Shown here: positions 28,109-37,818 of the stretch, in pieces | Layout: each line of letters begins with the position of its first letter | How positions within the stretch are numbered: position 1 is the stretch's first letter | Virus record (IMG/VR): IMGVR_UViG_3300045996_000987 | DNA length: 64,000 nt | Strand: one strand, 5' to 3' | DNA from: a virus | Position numbers and translations under genes: made by a program | Notes under the pieces: model-generated | What the model was told of the DNA's origin: nothing | What the model saw: only the letters and a program-made list of their open reading frames with translations | Databases searched by the model: none

Positions 28109-28699
28109 TCAGTAGTCGTACTGTTCGGCTCGCGCCTTGTCCACACACTGCTTCAAGGTGTAGAGCTTCGTGGCGTAGAGCAAGCTGGCCCCAGTGAAAG
28201 CCAGTCCTGCCGCCATCAGGGCCGGACTCGCCGCCCCGGCCGTGAGCGCCGTGAACCCGCCGAGGTGGATGACCGTATGTCCGGTGGCGACCACCGTGAG
28301 GCCCGCCGCGATGGCCTCTCCGGATTCCTTCACGCACACGATCGGGTCTTGATAAAACATGTCCCAGTCCACGCTCAGGTTCAGCCCCTCGCCCTGCGGG
28401 CCGATGCGCCGCATGGCCGGCGCCCCTGCCGCGTCGTAGCTCAGGAGCGACGCATCGCCGGTCGTCGGGAGCGTAGCCGCGCCGTCGCCCACGTAGCTCG
28501 TGAGCACGCCGCCGCCCATGCTGGCGATCATCTCCCCGTTCCGGTAGTGCTCGACCTTGCCGTTCGCCATCACGAACACGTCGTTGCCCGAGCGAAGCAC
28601 AGTCGGTTGCTCCGGTGCAGCCGGAGCCGTGGGCGCATCGCTGCACGCAGCGAGGCCGATGAGCAGGGCAAGCGTGGCCAGTCTTCCTGTCTGACGCAT
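28109..28699 (-). CDS. Lipoprotein (LAAC lipobox)
   Basis: MRQTGRLATLALLIGLAAC signal. Confidence 0.5.
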   Translation of the reverse strand: MRQTGRLATLALLIGLAACSDAPTAPAAPEQPTVLRSGNDVFVMANGKVEHYRNGEMIASMGGGVLTSYVGDGAATLPTTGDASLLSYDAAGAPAMRRIGPQGEGLNLSVDWDMFYQDPIVCVKESGEAIAAGLTVVATGHTVIHLGGFTALTAGAASPALMAAGLAFTGASLLYATKLYTLKQCVDKARAEQYDY

Positions 28700-28814
28700 G
28701 TGCATCTCCATCCATGAGTGAACAGTGAGGCAGGTAAGCATCGTCGCCTACCTGCCCCATCATACAACGGTCGCTACTGCACGCCAGTCTCAGTGTGTCA
28801 TTACCGTAATCGTG

Positions 28815-29411
28815 TCACGGCCCTCCCTTGCTCACGTAGCCCTCGGGGTACTCCTCGCCCGTCTCGATGAAGTACCGGCCCTCGGCCGACAGCGTGTCGC
28901 GCATTGTCCGCTCGACGTACTCGCGGAGCCGGTCGAGGTCCGGCACGTTCTCGACCCCCGACGCCTTCGCACTGTCCTTGGCCCACTGGATCTCGTACAG
29001 CATCCGGTCGCGCGTCACCGGCTCCCCTGCCGCATACTGCTTGAGCGGACAGGGGTCGTTGTCGCACTCCCACTGCCCCGCGATCCTCCGCGCCTCGGCC
29101 TCGTAAATCGGGTACGGCTTGGGTTCGGTGTCCAGCAACAAGCGGCCGAACCTCGTGATCCGGTATTTCTGCCAGCGGTCCTCGTCCACGTTGCCGTCCT
29201 TCTCGATCCATCCGCGAGCGAGGGCGTTCTGCACCTGATTGAGCGTCGGCCGCCGGACCTTGATCCACCACTCCGTCGCGGGAGAGAGATCCGGCCACTC
29301 CCGCGGCTTCTTCGCGTCGATCGTGTAGCCGCCGCCGCTACCGATCTGCACGGCTAGTGCACCATCCGCCGCCGCGAGGAGCAGCACGTACATGGCGTTG
29401 CTCAGGCCCAT
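28815..29411 (-). CDS. Hypothetical protein
   Basis: Start refined to MGLSNAMYVLLLAA. Confidence 0.4.
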   Translation of the reverse strand: MGLSNAMYVLLLAAADGALAVQIGSGGGYTIDAKKPREWPDLSPATEWWIKVRRPTLNQVQNALARGWIEKDGNVDEDRWQKYRITRFGRLLLDTEPKPYPIYEAEARRIAGQWECDNDPCPLKQYAAGEPVTRDRMLYEIQWAKDSAKASGVENVPDLDRLREYVERTMRDTLSAEGRYFIETGEEYPEGYVSKGGP

Positions 29412-29415
29412 GGGG

Positions 29416-29668
29416 TCACCGCTCCAAGTGCGGCACCGCGGAGATGTCCACCCCCGCCGTGTCGCGGACAAGGTTGTAGAGGTAGCGACGTGCCGAACGC
29501 ATGGCGTCCAGTTCGTCGCGCGGGTAGAGCTTCGCGGTGCACGGCTGGTTCGGGTGCGGGATGTCCTCGATCTTCTGGAACGCCCGCTCCGGCCCGCCGT
29601 TCTGGTTGTCGCTCAGGCCGAGGATGAGCGCGATACCCTCGGCCTGTTTCTCTGTCGGCTTCCTCACT
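29416..29668 (-). CDS. Hypothetical protein (GTG start)
   Basis: GGAGGAACA-GTG overlapping the upstream stop. Confidence 0.3.
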
Positions 29669-30497
29669 GTTCCTCCATGCTCTCGTTGTTGCGGAGCCTC
29701 CGCACAAGTCTCGGGATGTCCGCCCAATCCTCGAAGTGACGCCGGGCGATTTGCTTCCGCTCCTTCACCGACCGCTCCCCATACACCTGATGGAGCGGAT
29801 CGGCGCCGGTCTGGAGCATCCGCAGGTAGTACGGCGCCCACGAATCAAACCACGCGTCAGGCCCGAACTGCGCCAGCCACGCGTCGTAGTACGGGTTGGC
29901 CACGTCGCACGACTCGTAGTGGTCCCACCCATCCTCGTCACCGCTGTCGAAGGTGTGCACCAGTCGTCCACCGTAGTCCGGGCTCACCTCAAACTTGTCC
30001 GCAATGAAGTAGTCGTGCCCACTCTCGTGCTCCTCGCACGACCTCCACCACCCGTCACCCCCATCCGTCATGGGCGACTCCCACGAGGTACCGTCGCGGA
30101 TCGCCGCCTCGACCTCGGTGCGCCACACGTCCGGCATCACCTCGTCAAGCCACCGCCGCACCGCCGGGAGAGCCAGATACGCCTCGCGCTTCTCCAGCGT
30201 GTCCAGATCGCCCTCGTTCTCCCTGCTCCAGAGCGACGCGTACTTCTCCGCAGCGCGGCGTCGCTCCTCGCGGTCGTAAAACACGTACTCGAACAGCCCG
30301 TACAGCGCACGCCGGATGCTGCGCGTGCTGTAGTCCGACTCGGCGTGCCAGATGGCGTCCTCGTCGCTGTTCGGGAACAGGTAGAAGATGTATCCATGTG
30401 GCACGCCATCCCACTCGATTGAGTACGGCTCGGGGAGCATCTTTCGCACCGACTCGACCATCTCGTACAACTTCGGGTTGCTGTCGCGCTTCGTCAT
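29664..30497 (-). CDS. Hypothetical acidic, Trp-rich protein
   Basis: Start refined to MTKRDSNP with an AGGAGAGACGACA RBS. Confidence 0.4.
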   Translation of the reverse strand: MTKRDSNPKLYEMVESVRKMLPEPYSIEWDGVPHGYIFYLFPNSDEDAIWHAESDYSTRSIRRALYGLFEYVFYDREERRRAAEKYASLWSRENEGDLDTLEKREAYLALPAVRRWLDEVMPDVWRTEVEAAIRDGTSWESPMTDGGDGWWRSCEEHESGHDYFIADKFEVSPDYGGRLVHTFDSGDEDGWDHYESCDVANPYYDAWLAQFGPDAWFDSWAPYYLRMLQTGADPLHQVYGERSVKERKQIARRHFEDWADIPRLVRRLRNNESMEEQ

Positions 30498-30661
30498 TGT
30501 CGTCTCTCCTATGGGGTGGTGGTGCCAACCCACGGGAGGTTCGACGCACTCTTACGTTGCCCCGCTTACCCCCGCGCCGTGCCCGGATTCATGCCGGGTC
30601 TGTGCTCTTGGGGAGCCGCCCGCAACCACGGGTGATCCCGTGGGTCGGCGGTTGGGAATGA

Positions 30662-30934
30662 CTACAGCTTGCCGTTGAACTCGGGATCGGCCAGCACGTA
30701 GGCGAGGTCGTTGATCTTCGCCTCGGCCTCGATCGTGAAGCTCGGGCGGTTGCCTCGCCCGGCCAGCACACGGTCACCGTCAGGTCCACTCGGGGCCAGC
30801 ACACGGCCGTCGCTGAACGTGAGACTGACGCCCTTCTTGAGAAGCCGCTGCATCGCCTCGACGTCTTCGCGGAACTCCTTGAGCAGCGTGTCCTCGAACG
30901 ACCCGCTCGGGGTGATCGTCTTCGTCTGTGCCAT
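30662..30934 (-). CDS. Hypothetical protein
   Basis: 90-aa ORF. Confidence 0.4.
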   Translation of the reverse strand: MAQTKTITPSGSFEDTLLKEFREDVEAMQRLLKKGVSLTFSDGRVLAPSGPDGDRVLAGRGNRPSFTIEAEAKINDLAYVLADPEFNGKL

Positions 30935-30966
30935 CGGTTACCTGTCCGGGATGATGGTGAACCTAC

Positions 30967-31293
30967 TCACGGGGCTACTGAGTCCACCGGATAGCCGCCG
31001 CCGGCTAAGAGCAACTGCGCGGCTACGATCGCCGCGTGCTCGGTGTTATCCGTGTTCAGGTTGAACTCGAAGCTCACCTTCTCGGTGTCCTCACGATACA
31101 CCCTGCCGACGAACCCGTCCGCCGTCGTGAGCCAGAGCTTCGCCCCGTCCACGAGGATGTACGGGCCTTGGTACTTGTCGAACGGCCGGAGGATACCGTC
31201 CAAGTGACGGGCGATGGCGGCGTGCACGTTCCACACCTCACCGTTGCTGTCTTCGCCCGTAGCCGTGTCGATGTGGTGCATCTCGCCGGTCAT
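30967..31293 (-). CDS. Hypothetical protein
   Basis: 108-aa ORF. Confidence 0.4.
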   Translation of the reverse strand: MTGEMHHIDTATGEDSNGEVWNVHAAIARHLDGILRPFDKYQGPYILVDGAKLWLTTADGFVGRVYREDTEKVSFEFNLNTDNTEHAAIVAAQLLLAGGGYPVDSVAP

Positions 31294-31499
31294 CCGTCCT
31301 TGTCCTCGATGAGTGAGAGGGTACCGACGCTGTTGCCGTTGACGTCGCGCAGCGTGATGTGCGTCTCGCGATCCTCCGGCGTGATGCGGCGCACCCTGCG
31401 GGCGCAGTCATCGAGGATCTGCGCGACCTGATACTTGAGGTCGAGTTCGTTCGGGCCGAACGAGTCGTTCTCGCAGTCGATCGTGATCTCGATTCTCAT
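31290..31499 (-). CDS. Hypothetical protein
   Basis: Start MRIEITIDCE; CAAGTAACCGCGAGGTGTCGC-ATG upstream. A 1-nt ambiguity in my reading near 31440 means the start is ±1 nt. Confidence 0.35.
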   Translation of the reverse strand: MRIEITIDCENDSFGPNELDLKYQVAQILDDCARRVRRITPEDRETHITLRDVNGNSVGTLSLIEDKDG

Positions 31500-31549
31500 G
31501 CGACACCTCGCGGTTACTTGGCGTTGCCTTACTGCCGGTAAGGCGCGGG

Positions 31550-31951
31550 CTACTTGTAGATGATGATGGCGACTTCGCCCCGATCCATCCAGCCGGTCTT
31601 CACCGCCTGAGCGACGCGCCGGAAGACAACCACGCCGACCGGATACCGGATCGCGAAGTAGTCGCCCTCGTCGTGCAGATAGCGGCCCTCGATCGGTGCC
31701 CCATCCGGCCGGGTGTACTCGTTGATGAGGGCGCCGACCCACGGGTTCTTGCCGTTGTGTTGCTTGATGCTGATGTCGTAGACCTTGCCCCGCTCGGGCG
31801 GCTTCTCGGTGGCGCGCTCGTAGGGCTTCGTCCGCGTCAGCTTGTCCAGCAGGTTCTCGGGCATGTCACACTCGTCTTCGCTGAGGTTATTGCCTTCCAT
31901 CGTTGGGCTCACCATCTGGATGAACTCCCCGACCGTGATGCGCTCGGTCAT
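31550..31951 (-). CDS. Hypothetical protein
   Basis: Start MTERITVGE with an AGGAGGAAGGGG RBS. Confidence 0.4.
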   Translation of the reverse strand: MTERITVGEFIQMVSPTMEGNNLSEDECDMPENLLDKLTRTKPYERATEKPPERGKVYDISIKQHNGKNPWVGALINEYTRPDGAPIEGRYLHDEGDYFAIRYPVGVVVFRRVAQAVKTGWMDRGEVAIIIYK

Positions 31952-32235
31952 ACCCCTTCCTCCTCTTCCGGAGCCTCGTGGTAGTGGACCCCAAGCTGCG
32001 GCTCCTTGCAGACTGGGCAGATGTTCGGGCCGCCGTAGTTCGGTTCCTCGGGCACCCACGTCGCGCACACACCCCCCATACCGCGATTGGGGGCGATGCT
32101 CTCGCAGGTGCCATCATCGTTGAGCCGCCACGCGTCGGCCGGTGCGAACTGCACACGCGGCTCGCCGTCGATGTAGTAGACGGTGCGGACGCACTCTTCG
32201 GTCGAGCCGTTCAGCTTGAGTCTGACCTTGGCCAT
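31948..32235 (-). CDS. Zinc-ribbon protein
   Basis: CPVCKEPQ motif. Confidence 0.35.
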   Translation of the reverse strand: MAKVRLKLNGSTEECVRTVYYIDGEPRVQFAPADAWRLNDDGTCESIAPNRGMGGVCATWVPEEPNYGGPNICPVCKEPQLGVHYHEAPEEEEGV

Positions 32236-32648
32236 CAGACGTCCTCGACGGTGATGATGGTGAACGGCCGACCCTCGATCTGCGGGTAGCCGAGGGCGTC
32301 GTTGAGCACGTCGTGCGCGTCGTCCCTGTTCCGCGCCGCGACCGTGAACTCCGCGGCGTCGAACCGATACCGCTCGCTCACGTCCACGGGAGCCACGTCG
32401 CCGTCGCTCAGGACGTCCATGAACTGTCGGCAGTCGTTGTGGGAGCGGAAGCGCACGGTAACCTTGAAGTCTCGCGTGCCTCGCAGATCGAGCGCCGCGT
32501 CGATCGCGTTCAGCGACGACTCGATGCCGTCCGGCACGAAGCCGCCGTTGACGATCCACTGAGTCAGCGCGCAGAGGTGGCGGGCACAGGCCACGTTGTC
32601 CTTGCCCGCCGCCGCCACCGCCTCTTCGAGCGTCTTGTCCGGGTCCAT
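32235..32648 (-). CDS. Hypothetical protein
   Basis: 137-aa ORF. Confidence 0.4.
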   Translation of the reverse strand: MDPDKTLEEAVAAAGKDNVACARHLCALTQWIVNGGFVPDGIESSLNAIDAALDLRGTRDFKVTVRFRSHNDCRQFMDVLSDGDVAPVDVSERYRFDAAEFTVAARNRDDAHDVLNDALGYPQIEGRPFTIITVEDV

Positions 32649-32649
32649 G

Positions 32650-32883
32650 TCAGCCCTCCGAGGTGAACTCGTACCAGAGGTTACTGTGTACGTGGACGAC
32701 GTACTTGTTGCCCTCTTTGTGCTGGAGCTTGGCGAAGTTGTACCTCTCCAGCGCGTTGATCGGCGCCACGTTGGCTGTCGGCACGCCGACGAAGCTGCTG
32801 TCGAGATCGTAGCGCTTCACCTCCTCGGCGTTCGTGAGGACGGCGTTGAAGCGCTTCTTGTGGGAGCGGGGGATCGTTGTCAT
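32650..32883 (-). CDS. Hypothetical protein
   Basis: CAAGTAACCGGAGTGACTGT-ATG upstream. Confidence 0.4.
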   Translation of the reverse strand: MTTIPRSHKKRFNAVLTNAEEVKRYDLDSSFVGVPTANVAPINALERYNFAKLQHKEGNKYVVHVHSNLWYEFTSEG

Positions 32884-32926
32884 ACAGTCACTCCGGTTAC
32901 TTGTTGCTTACTGGCCAGTAAGCGGG

Positions 32927-33688
32927 TCAGGCCGCGCGCCGGGCAGTCGCGATGCGGGCCATCATCTCTTCGCGCCACTCCAGCGCGAAGTCGAGCGAGT
33001 TCTGGAGGTTCGTCTGGTCGTCCGTGCTATGGTACTCCCGGCGAACACGCCGCGCTTGGAAGCTCCACGCGAGGCTGTCGCTCGATGCGAGGAAGGGGGC
33101 CGCACTGATGAGGCCCGTGACCTTGAAGCCGAAGCCGTGCAGCTTGAGCCCATGCGCCTTGAGTGTGCGGATGATGTACTGGCCCGAGAACTCCTGCTGT
33201 CGGCGGCAGACCGTGCCGACCCCGACGAGTGGGTAGGTACGAAGATCCACGCCGGCCGCTGTGTACATGTCGATGTGCCGCTCGTGGTCGCCGTGCATCG
33301 ACCATCCTTGTAGGACCGGGATGAACGGTAGCTCGGGCGCAAGATTGCGGAGACAGAGGAAGTTGTCCACGCTCCTCCGCTGGTGCTCCTCGACCGTGAG
33401 CTTCGTCTTGGCCAGCATGTCAGGCTCGCACATCCAGTCCTGCGGGGCGGCCCATGCCATCTTGCCGATCTCGTCCCGGAATCGGCGCACGAGGCGGACG
33501 TACTCGCGGGGGTCCAGCCGCCACTCCCCATACATCGAGAGTTCGCTGAATCCCCCGCTATCCAAAGCCCATCGGCCGAGCGCCCGAGGGAACGTCTTCC
33601 TCCGTTCCAACTGGCGCCGGCTGATGAACAACGGTACGTCGGTCCTCGCCAGCCACGGGACTACGTGGGTGCCGAGGTAGAACTTCAT
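32927..33688 (-). CDS. dpdA: 7-deazaguanine DNA transglycosylase (TGT family, DpdA-like)
   Basis: ALDSGGFSELSM matches the TGT LTDSGGFQVFSL catalytic segment. Further TGT-like segments FYLGTH, AAPQDWMCEP, IPVLQGWS, PLVGVGTV and SSDSLAWS. Short (253 aa) with no Zn subdomain, as in phage DpdA. Confidence 0.7.
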   Translation of the reverse strand: MKFYLGTHVVPWLARTDVPLFISRRQLERRKTFPRALGRWALDSGGFSELSMYGEWRLDPREYVRLVRRFRDEIGKMAWAAPQDWMCEPDMLAKTKLTVEEHQRRSVDNFLCLRNLAPELPFIPVLQGWSMHGDHERHIDMYTAAGVDLRTYPLVGVGTVCRRQQEFSGQYIIRTLKAHGLKLHGFGFKVTGLISAAPFLASSDSLAWSFQARRVRREYHSTDDQTNLQNSLDFALEWREEMMARIATARRAA

Positions 33689-34320
33689 GCGTCCCCGTGG
33701 TACTTGCAGTCGGGGAAGTCGCAGGCAGGGTCAGCCGGGGCGAACCCGTAAGGGCAGGCGCGCGTGTTGGCGCGAGTCGTGATGAAGTCGTCCATCTGCG
33801 GGTCACTCCCCCGCCCGCAGGCACCGCAGGGCTCGCGCTTGTTGCCCCATCCGGAGCACTCCAAGCAGGCCCCGTTGTCGTACTCCTCCTCGCCGTCGAT
33901 CGCTGCGTCGGTGATAACCTCGACGCCGGGAGCGCCGTGCGCGTTCACCGTGAGCTTGAAGCACACGAAGTCTTCGCTCGTGTCCGGGTTGTCCCGAATC
34001 TCGCGGGCCTTGGCCAGCAGCGCCGCGTCGTTCTCGAACGGTCCCTCCAGTGCGGGCTCGCTGTACTCCAGCCACACGAGGTAGGGCGTGTCCGCGATCC
34101 TCGTGATGGCGTAATGCGGCTCCTCGTCAGCGCTGCTCGCCATGCGGAGCGCCTTCGACTTCTCCGCACAGTCCTCGCAAGCATCGAACTCCATCGGGGC
34201 GGCCCGCTCGTCCGTGCTGCGGAAGTGATAGACCGCGGGCTTGCCGCAGTCCTTGTTCTCTCCGGGGTTGGGCCATCCGCAAGTGCAGATGCGGATGCCT
34301 GCGCCGCTATACTTGGCCAT
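33685..34320 (-). CDS. Cys-rich hypothetical protein
   Basis: Many CxxC pairs (CTCG, CEDC, CLEC, CGAC). Confidence 0.4.
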   Translation of the reverse strand: MAKYSGAGIRICTCGWPNPGENKDCGKPAVYHFRSTDERAAPMEFDACEDCAEKSKALRMASSADEEPHYAITRIADTPYLVWLEYSEPALEGPFENDAALLAKAREIRDNPDTSEDFVCFKLTVNAHGAPGVEVITDAAIDGEEEYDNGACLECSGWGNKREPCGACGRGSDPQMDDFITTRANTRACPYGFAPADPACDFPDCKYHGDA

Positions 34321-34323
34321 CGG

Positions 34324-34614
34324 TTACCTCGCGAAGATGAGCGCCATGTTGCGCGACTTGTTCTCGATGAAGAAGCCGTCCGGTGTCGTCCACGGGGCGG
34401 TCTGCCACGAGCCGCCGTCCCACAGGTACTCGATGCTGCCACCGAAGGGCAGGAACTCGAAGCTCAGGATGTTGACGGCCACGGCGGGTGGGGAAGACAG
34501 TGCCTCCCCCATCCGCTCGCTCACGACGACATCCTCGGCCGTGTACCCGGCTGCCACCACGATCTCGCGCAGGACCGCTGCAAGAGCGTTGGCCACGTCG
34601 AGGCGCGTCATGGT
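34324..34614 (-). CDS. Hypothetical protein
   Basis: Start refined to MTRLDVANAL. Confidence 0.35.
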   Translation of the reverse strand, partial: TMTRLDVANALAAVLREIVVAAGYTAEDVVVSERMGEALSSPPAVAVNILSFEFLPFGGSIEYLWDGGSWQTAPWTTPDGFFIENKSRNMALIFAR

Positions 34615-35006
34615 CAGCCCTTTCGCGCCCGCTTGGCCGACTGCCGGATCTCGTGCTCCGCGACGTCGCTGCGGTTGCGCTCGATCGCCTGCTTGTAGTG
34701 CTTGTTCCACTCGCCGTCCTTCATCGTCGTGACGTTCGTGGAAAGGCCGATGTGGCGCCGCACGTCCTCGAACTCGAAGTACCACGGCTGCGCGTTCTTG
34801 TGCATGAACGCGGTGACGTTGCGCTGCCAGAGGTCGAGGCGGCGCCAGAACTCGTACAGGTTGTCCTCGGTGATGCGGCCGAAGCCGATCACCATCGTGG
34901 CCAGCGTGAGCGCCCACGTCACCGTCGCCCACTCGTCCGGGTTGTGCGGGTCCGTGCAGACCGTCTCGAAGTCCTTGATCTTGCTGTAGTCGAAGTTGAG
35001 CGACAT
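34614..35006 (-). CDS. Hypothetical protein
   Basis: 130-aa ORF; two tandem palindromes directly upstream (35041-35074). Confidence 0.4.
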   Translation of the reverse strand: MSLNFDYSKIKDFETVCTDPHNPDEWATVTWALTLATMVIGFGRITEDNLYEFWRRLDLWQRNVTAFMHKNAQPWYFEFEDVRRHIGLSTNVTTMKDGEWNKHYKQAIERNRSDVAEHEIRQSAKRARKG

Positions 35007-35107
35007 GGCGATACCTTGCGTGCTTGGGTGGTTACCTGTGCCTTACTGGCCAGTAACGTTACTGGCCAGTAAGGCGGGGGTACGTCAACAGCGATGCTGC
35101 GGGTGGT

Positions 35108-35593
35108 TCACGGATAGCTGTCGGCGGCCAGCGCCAACGTGGTCATCTGGTCGTAGATGGCCGAGTTCTCCCAGTTCCCCGTTCGGATCACGACGTCGGC
35201 ACCGTAGATCGAGCGGATCACGGTCGGTGTGTCGTCGGAGCCGTACCACCGCCCCTCGCTCGGGACGTAGATCATCCTGTCGTAACCCTGCACGATCTCG
35301 CGGTAGGGCTTGCCGGGCGCGTACTCCTCATCGAAGTACAACATCACGACGACGATGCCGTGGTCGGGCGTCTGGCCCGGCTGGAGCATGCGACTGGAGA
35401 GCGTGTCGCCGTTGGCGTACCAGAGCCGCCAGCCCACGATGTCGAAGATGCCGTCGCCCTTGACCGGGGTGCTGGCCACCACCGACGCCTGCGGTTGCAC
35501 CCCCGACGCCGGGGTCGGGTCCGTGGGGACGGTGCAGGCCGCGGCGAGGACGAGCGAGAGGAGGAGCGTTGTGGAGCGGAACAGCGTGCGCAT
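35108..35593 (-). CDS. Lipoprotein (LAAC lipobox)
   Basis: MRTLFRSTTLLLSLVLAAAC signal. Confidence 0.5.
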   Translation of the reverse strand: MRTLFRSTTLLLSLVLAAACTVPTDPTPASGVQPQASVVASTPVKGDGIFDIVGWRLWYANGDTLSSRMLQPGQTPDHGIVVVMLYFDEEYAPGKPYREIVQGYDRMIYVPSEGRWYGSDDTPTVIRSIYGADVVIRTGNWENSAIYDQMTTLALAADSYP

Positions 35594-35650
35594 TGCGTGT
35601 CTCCGAAATGGAGGGTGGGTACTACGAGGGAACTGCGGGGTGCTACGGTA

Positions 35651-35830
35651 CTACACGATCGAGCGGGGCGGAATGGGATTGCCGCCCTTGCAGCCCTTCT
35701 TGTGCGGGCGCTCCCAGTCCCCGACGCGCCCTTTGGCCCACTGCCAGCGCGCCCCGCACTCTTCGCACGGCCCCGAGGGAGGGGTGTACGTCGCGTCCTC
35801 GGCCGTGATCGTGGTCGGCTCGTCCATCAC
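35651..35830 (-). CDS. Small zinc-ribbon protein
   Basis: Start MDEPTTI with a GGAGGAG RBS; CEEC motif. Confidence 0.3.
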   Translation of the reverse strand: MMDEPTTITAEDATYTPPSGPCEECGARWQWAKGRVGDWERPHKKGCKGGNPIPPRSIV

Positions 35831-36552
35831 TCCTCCATCGGCCGGACTTCCGCGCCGAAGAGCAGGGCATGGAACCGCCCCTTCTTGAAGTTCTGCTCGA
35901 CGTACCACGCCGGGGGATCGTCGGGCCGGACCTCGACACCGAACCAGTTGTCCGGCGAGTGGACGAAGTACGCGCAGACGACGCCCGTGCCGAGACTGCC
36001 CATCCGGACCCGCTCCCCGACCTTCGGCATCCAGTGCTTCGGGTGGCTCCAGCGCCCGGACTGGCCGTTCGCCTCGTAGATCGCGTGATCGACGTGCTTG
36101 CCGTCCATCAGCGTCGTGCTCGACCCGGTGTGCTCGGCCGGACCCTTGAGGCACAGCCGGTAGTCGCCGGTCTGCGGGATGTAGGCGCTCGCGATCGGCT
36201 TGAAGTAGGCGACGACGTAGAGGTAGCCGTGGCTGGCCTGCGGGTTGGCCAGCACGACGAGGTGCTGATCCTCGTACAGCGTCACCTCCTTGTCCTCGTC
36301 GGTGCGAAGCTCGTACGCCTTGAGCAGCCGCGCCGCCTCGCGCCGCTCGGCGCCGTCCACCTCGGTGTTCAGGTAGTCGAGGAGCCGCTTGCGCTCGTCG
36401 TCGGGTCCGAAGCAGTCCTGCCGGTTGTGCACCTGATCGACGTGCCCGTTCTGCTTCACGATCCAGCGGGCACCCCATGCGGCGATGACGCCAGCGATGA
36501 GGCCGCGGTTGTAGCCGAAGCTCAGGCTGGACTTCTGCGCGGTCGCTTCCAT
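35827..36552 (-). CDS. Hypothetical protein
   Basis: 241-aa ORF. Confidence 0.4.
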   Translation of the reverse strand: MEATAQKSSLSFGYNRGLIAGVIAAWGARWIVKQNGHVDQVHNRQDCFGPDDERKRLLDYLNTEVDGAERREAARLLKAYELRTDEDKEVTLYEDQHLVVLANPQASHGYLYVVAYFKPIASAYIPQTGDYRLCLKGPAEHTGSSTTLMDGKHVDHAIYEANGQSGRWSHPKHWMPKVGERVRMGSLGTGVVCAYFVHSPDNWFGVEVRPDDPPAWYVEQNFKKGRFHALLFGAEVRPMEE

Positions 36553-36573
36553 GTTGGTCACTTGGGTGAGTGG

Positions 36574-36768
36574 TTACTTGGACTGCTCGAACGTGAACGG
36601 ATCGGGGCACGCGTCGTTGGTGCACCCCAAGTCCTCGCCGCTGACCTTGCCGCCACAGCCGGGACACGTCGTGTCGGGCGGGTCGGGGCGGTCGTACTTG
36701 CCGACGCCCATCGCCTCCTCCCACTCCTCGGTGGTCGTGGCGGGCATGTCGTCTCGCGGGTCGTCCAT
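36574..36768 (-). CDS. Small zinc-ribbon protein
   Basis: CPGCGG...C...C motif. Confidence 0.35.
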   Translation of the reverse strand: MDDPRDDMPATTTEEWEEAMGVGKYDRPDPPDTTCPGCGGKVSGEDLGCTNDACPDPFTFEQSK

Positions 36769-36802
36769 GTGGCCTCCTTACTGGCCAGTAAGCGGTGAGC
36801 GC

Positions 36803-37543
36803 TCAGTAGACCGGCACAAGGTTGGCCGGTAGCTTGGGCTCGGGATCACCCTGCTCGATGTCGTCCCGATCGCGGACGATGATGGTGATGTGCGGGGACG
36901 TTGCCTCGGCGCCCTGTACCACGCCGCCGGAGCAGTGAACGACGACGGTGATCTTGTCGGCCGGCGCCTCACTGTCGTCCGTCTCCTCCTCGTCGTCCAC
37001 CGTGACGCCAGCGAGCGCGAGGGCGGCGTCCGCGTCGTCCCCCAAACTGTCGGTGTGCCCGGCATCCATCTGCCGGTACGCGAGCAGAGCCTTGGTCAGA
37101 GCCGCGATGATGGCGTCCTTGTCCCGCCCCTTGAGCGGAATCGGCTCGCCCGACACGTCGTTGGTGGGCGGGTCGAAGCCTTGAAGAATGAAGTCCGACT
37201 GGAAGATCGCGTTGAGCATGGTCTGGAAGCTCACCGCGTCGAACGGCCCGTGGAGTAGGGCGCACACCGCATCGTGCATCAGCCCGCGCATGCGCATGAT
37301 GCTCTCGGCCACCTCCTTGCCGTACACCGGAGCGATGCAGTCCGCCTCACGCTGCCAGTGCTGGCTGAGACGCGGGACCATCGGAGACGCGAGCACGGCC
37401 GCGAGCTTCCGGACGTCGCTCTGCTCCGGGTCGTGTAGGGTGATGCGCGGCTGCGAGAGCAGCATGATGAGTCGGTGAAGTCCCTGCGCCTGCTCCGTGG
37501 TGAGCACGACGGGGCCAGTCGGGGGAAAGTCGGGATGTGACAT
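36803..37543 (-). CDS. Hypothetical protein
   Basis: 246-aa ORF; acidic C-terminal region. Confidence 0.4.
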   Translation of the reverse strand: MSHPDFPPTGPVVLTTEQAQGLHRLIMLLSQPRITLHDPEQSDVRKLAAVLASPMVPRLSQHWQREADCIAPVYGKEVAESIMRMRGLMHDAVCALLHGPFDAVSFQTMLNAIFQSDFILQGFDPPTNDVSGEPIPLKGRDKDAIIAALTKALLAYRQMDAGHTDSLGDDADAALALAGVTVDDEEETDDSEAPADKITVVVHCSGGVVQGAEATSPHITIIVRDRDDIEQGDPEPKLPANLVPVY

Positions 37544-37548
37544 GGTGG

Positions 37549-37818
37549 TTACTTGTGAGTGGCGGCGAACTGGTACCCGTGCACCTCACCGTGGCGCCAG
37601 TGCTGCGTGCCGGTGTAGGGCTCGGGGGCGGGCTTACCCTCGAAGAACGCGCGGGCGCCGTCGAGCCAGCCGAAGGTGTACGCCATCGACTTGTGCTCGC
37701 TGGTGTCATCGAAGTAGGCGCGGAGCTTCTTCGGGTTGACGCGCTTCTGCGTCCCGTCGAGCGTGCGCTTCACCCGCTGCACATACTCCGGGCGAGGATC
37801 GGCCTGTGTCTCGGGCAT
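37549..37818 (-). CDS. Hypothetical protein
   Basis: 89-aa ORF. Confidence 0.4.
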   Translation of the reverse strand: MPETQADPRPEYVQRVKRTLDGTQKRVNPKKLRAYFDDTSEHKSMAYTFGWLDGARAFFEGKPAPEPYTGTQHWRHGEVHGYQFAATHK

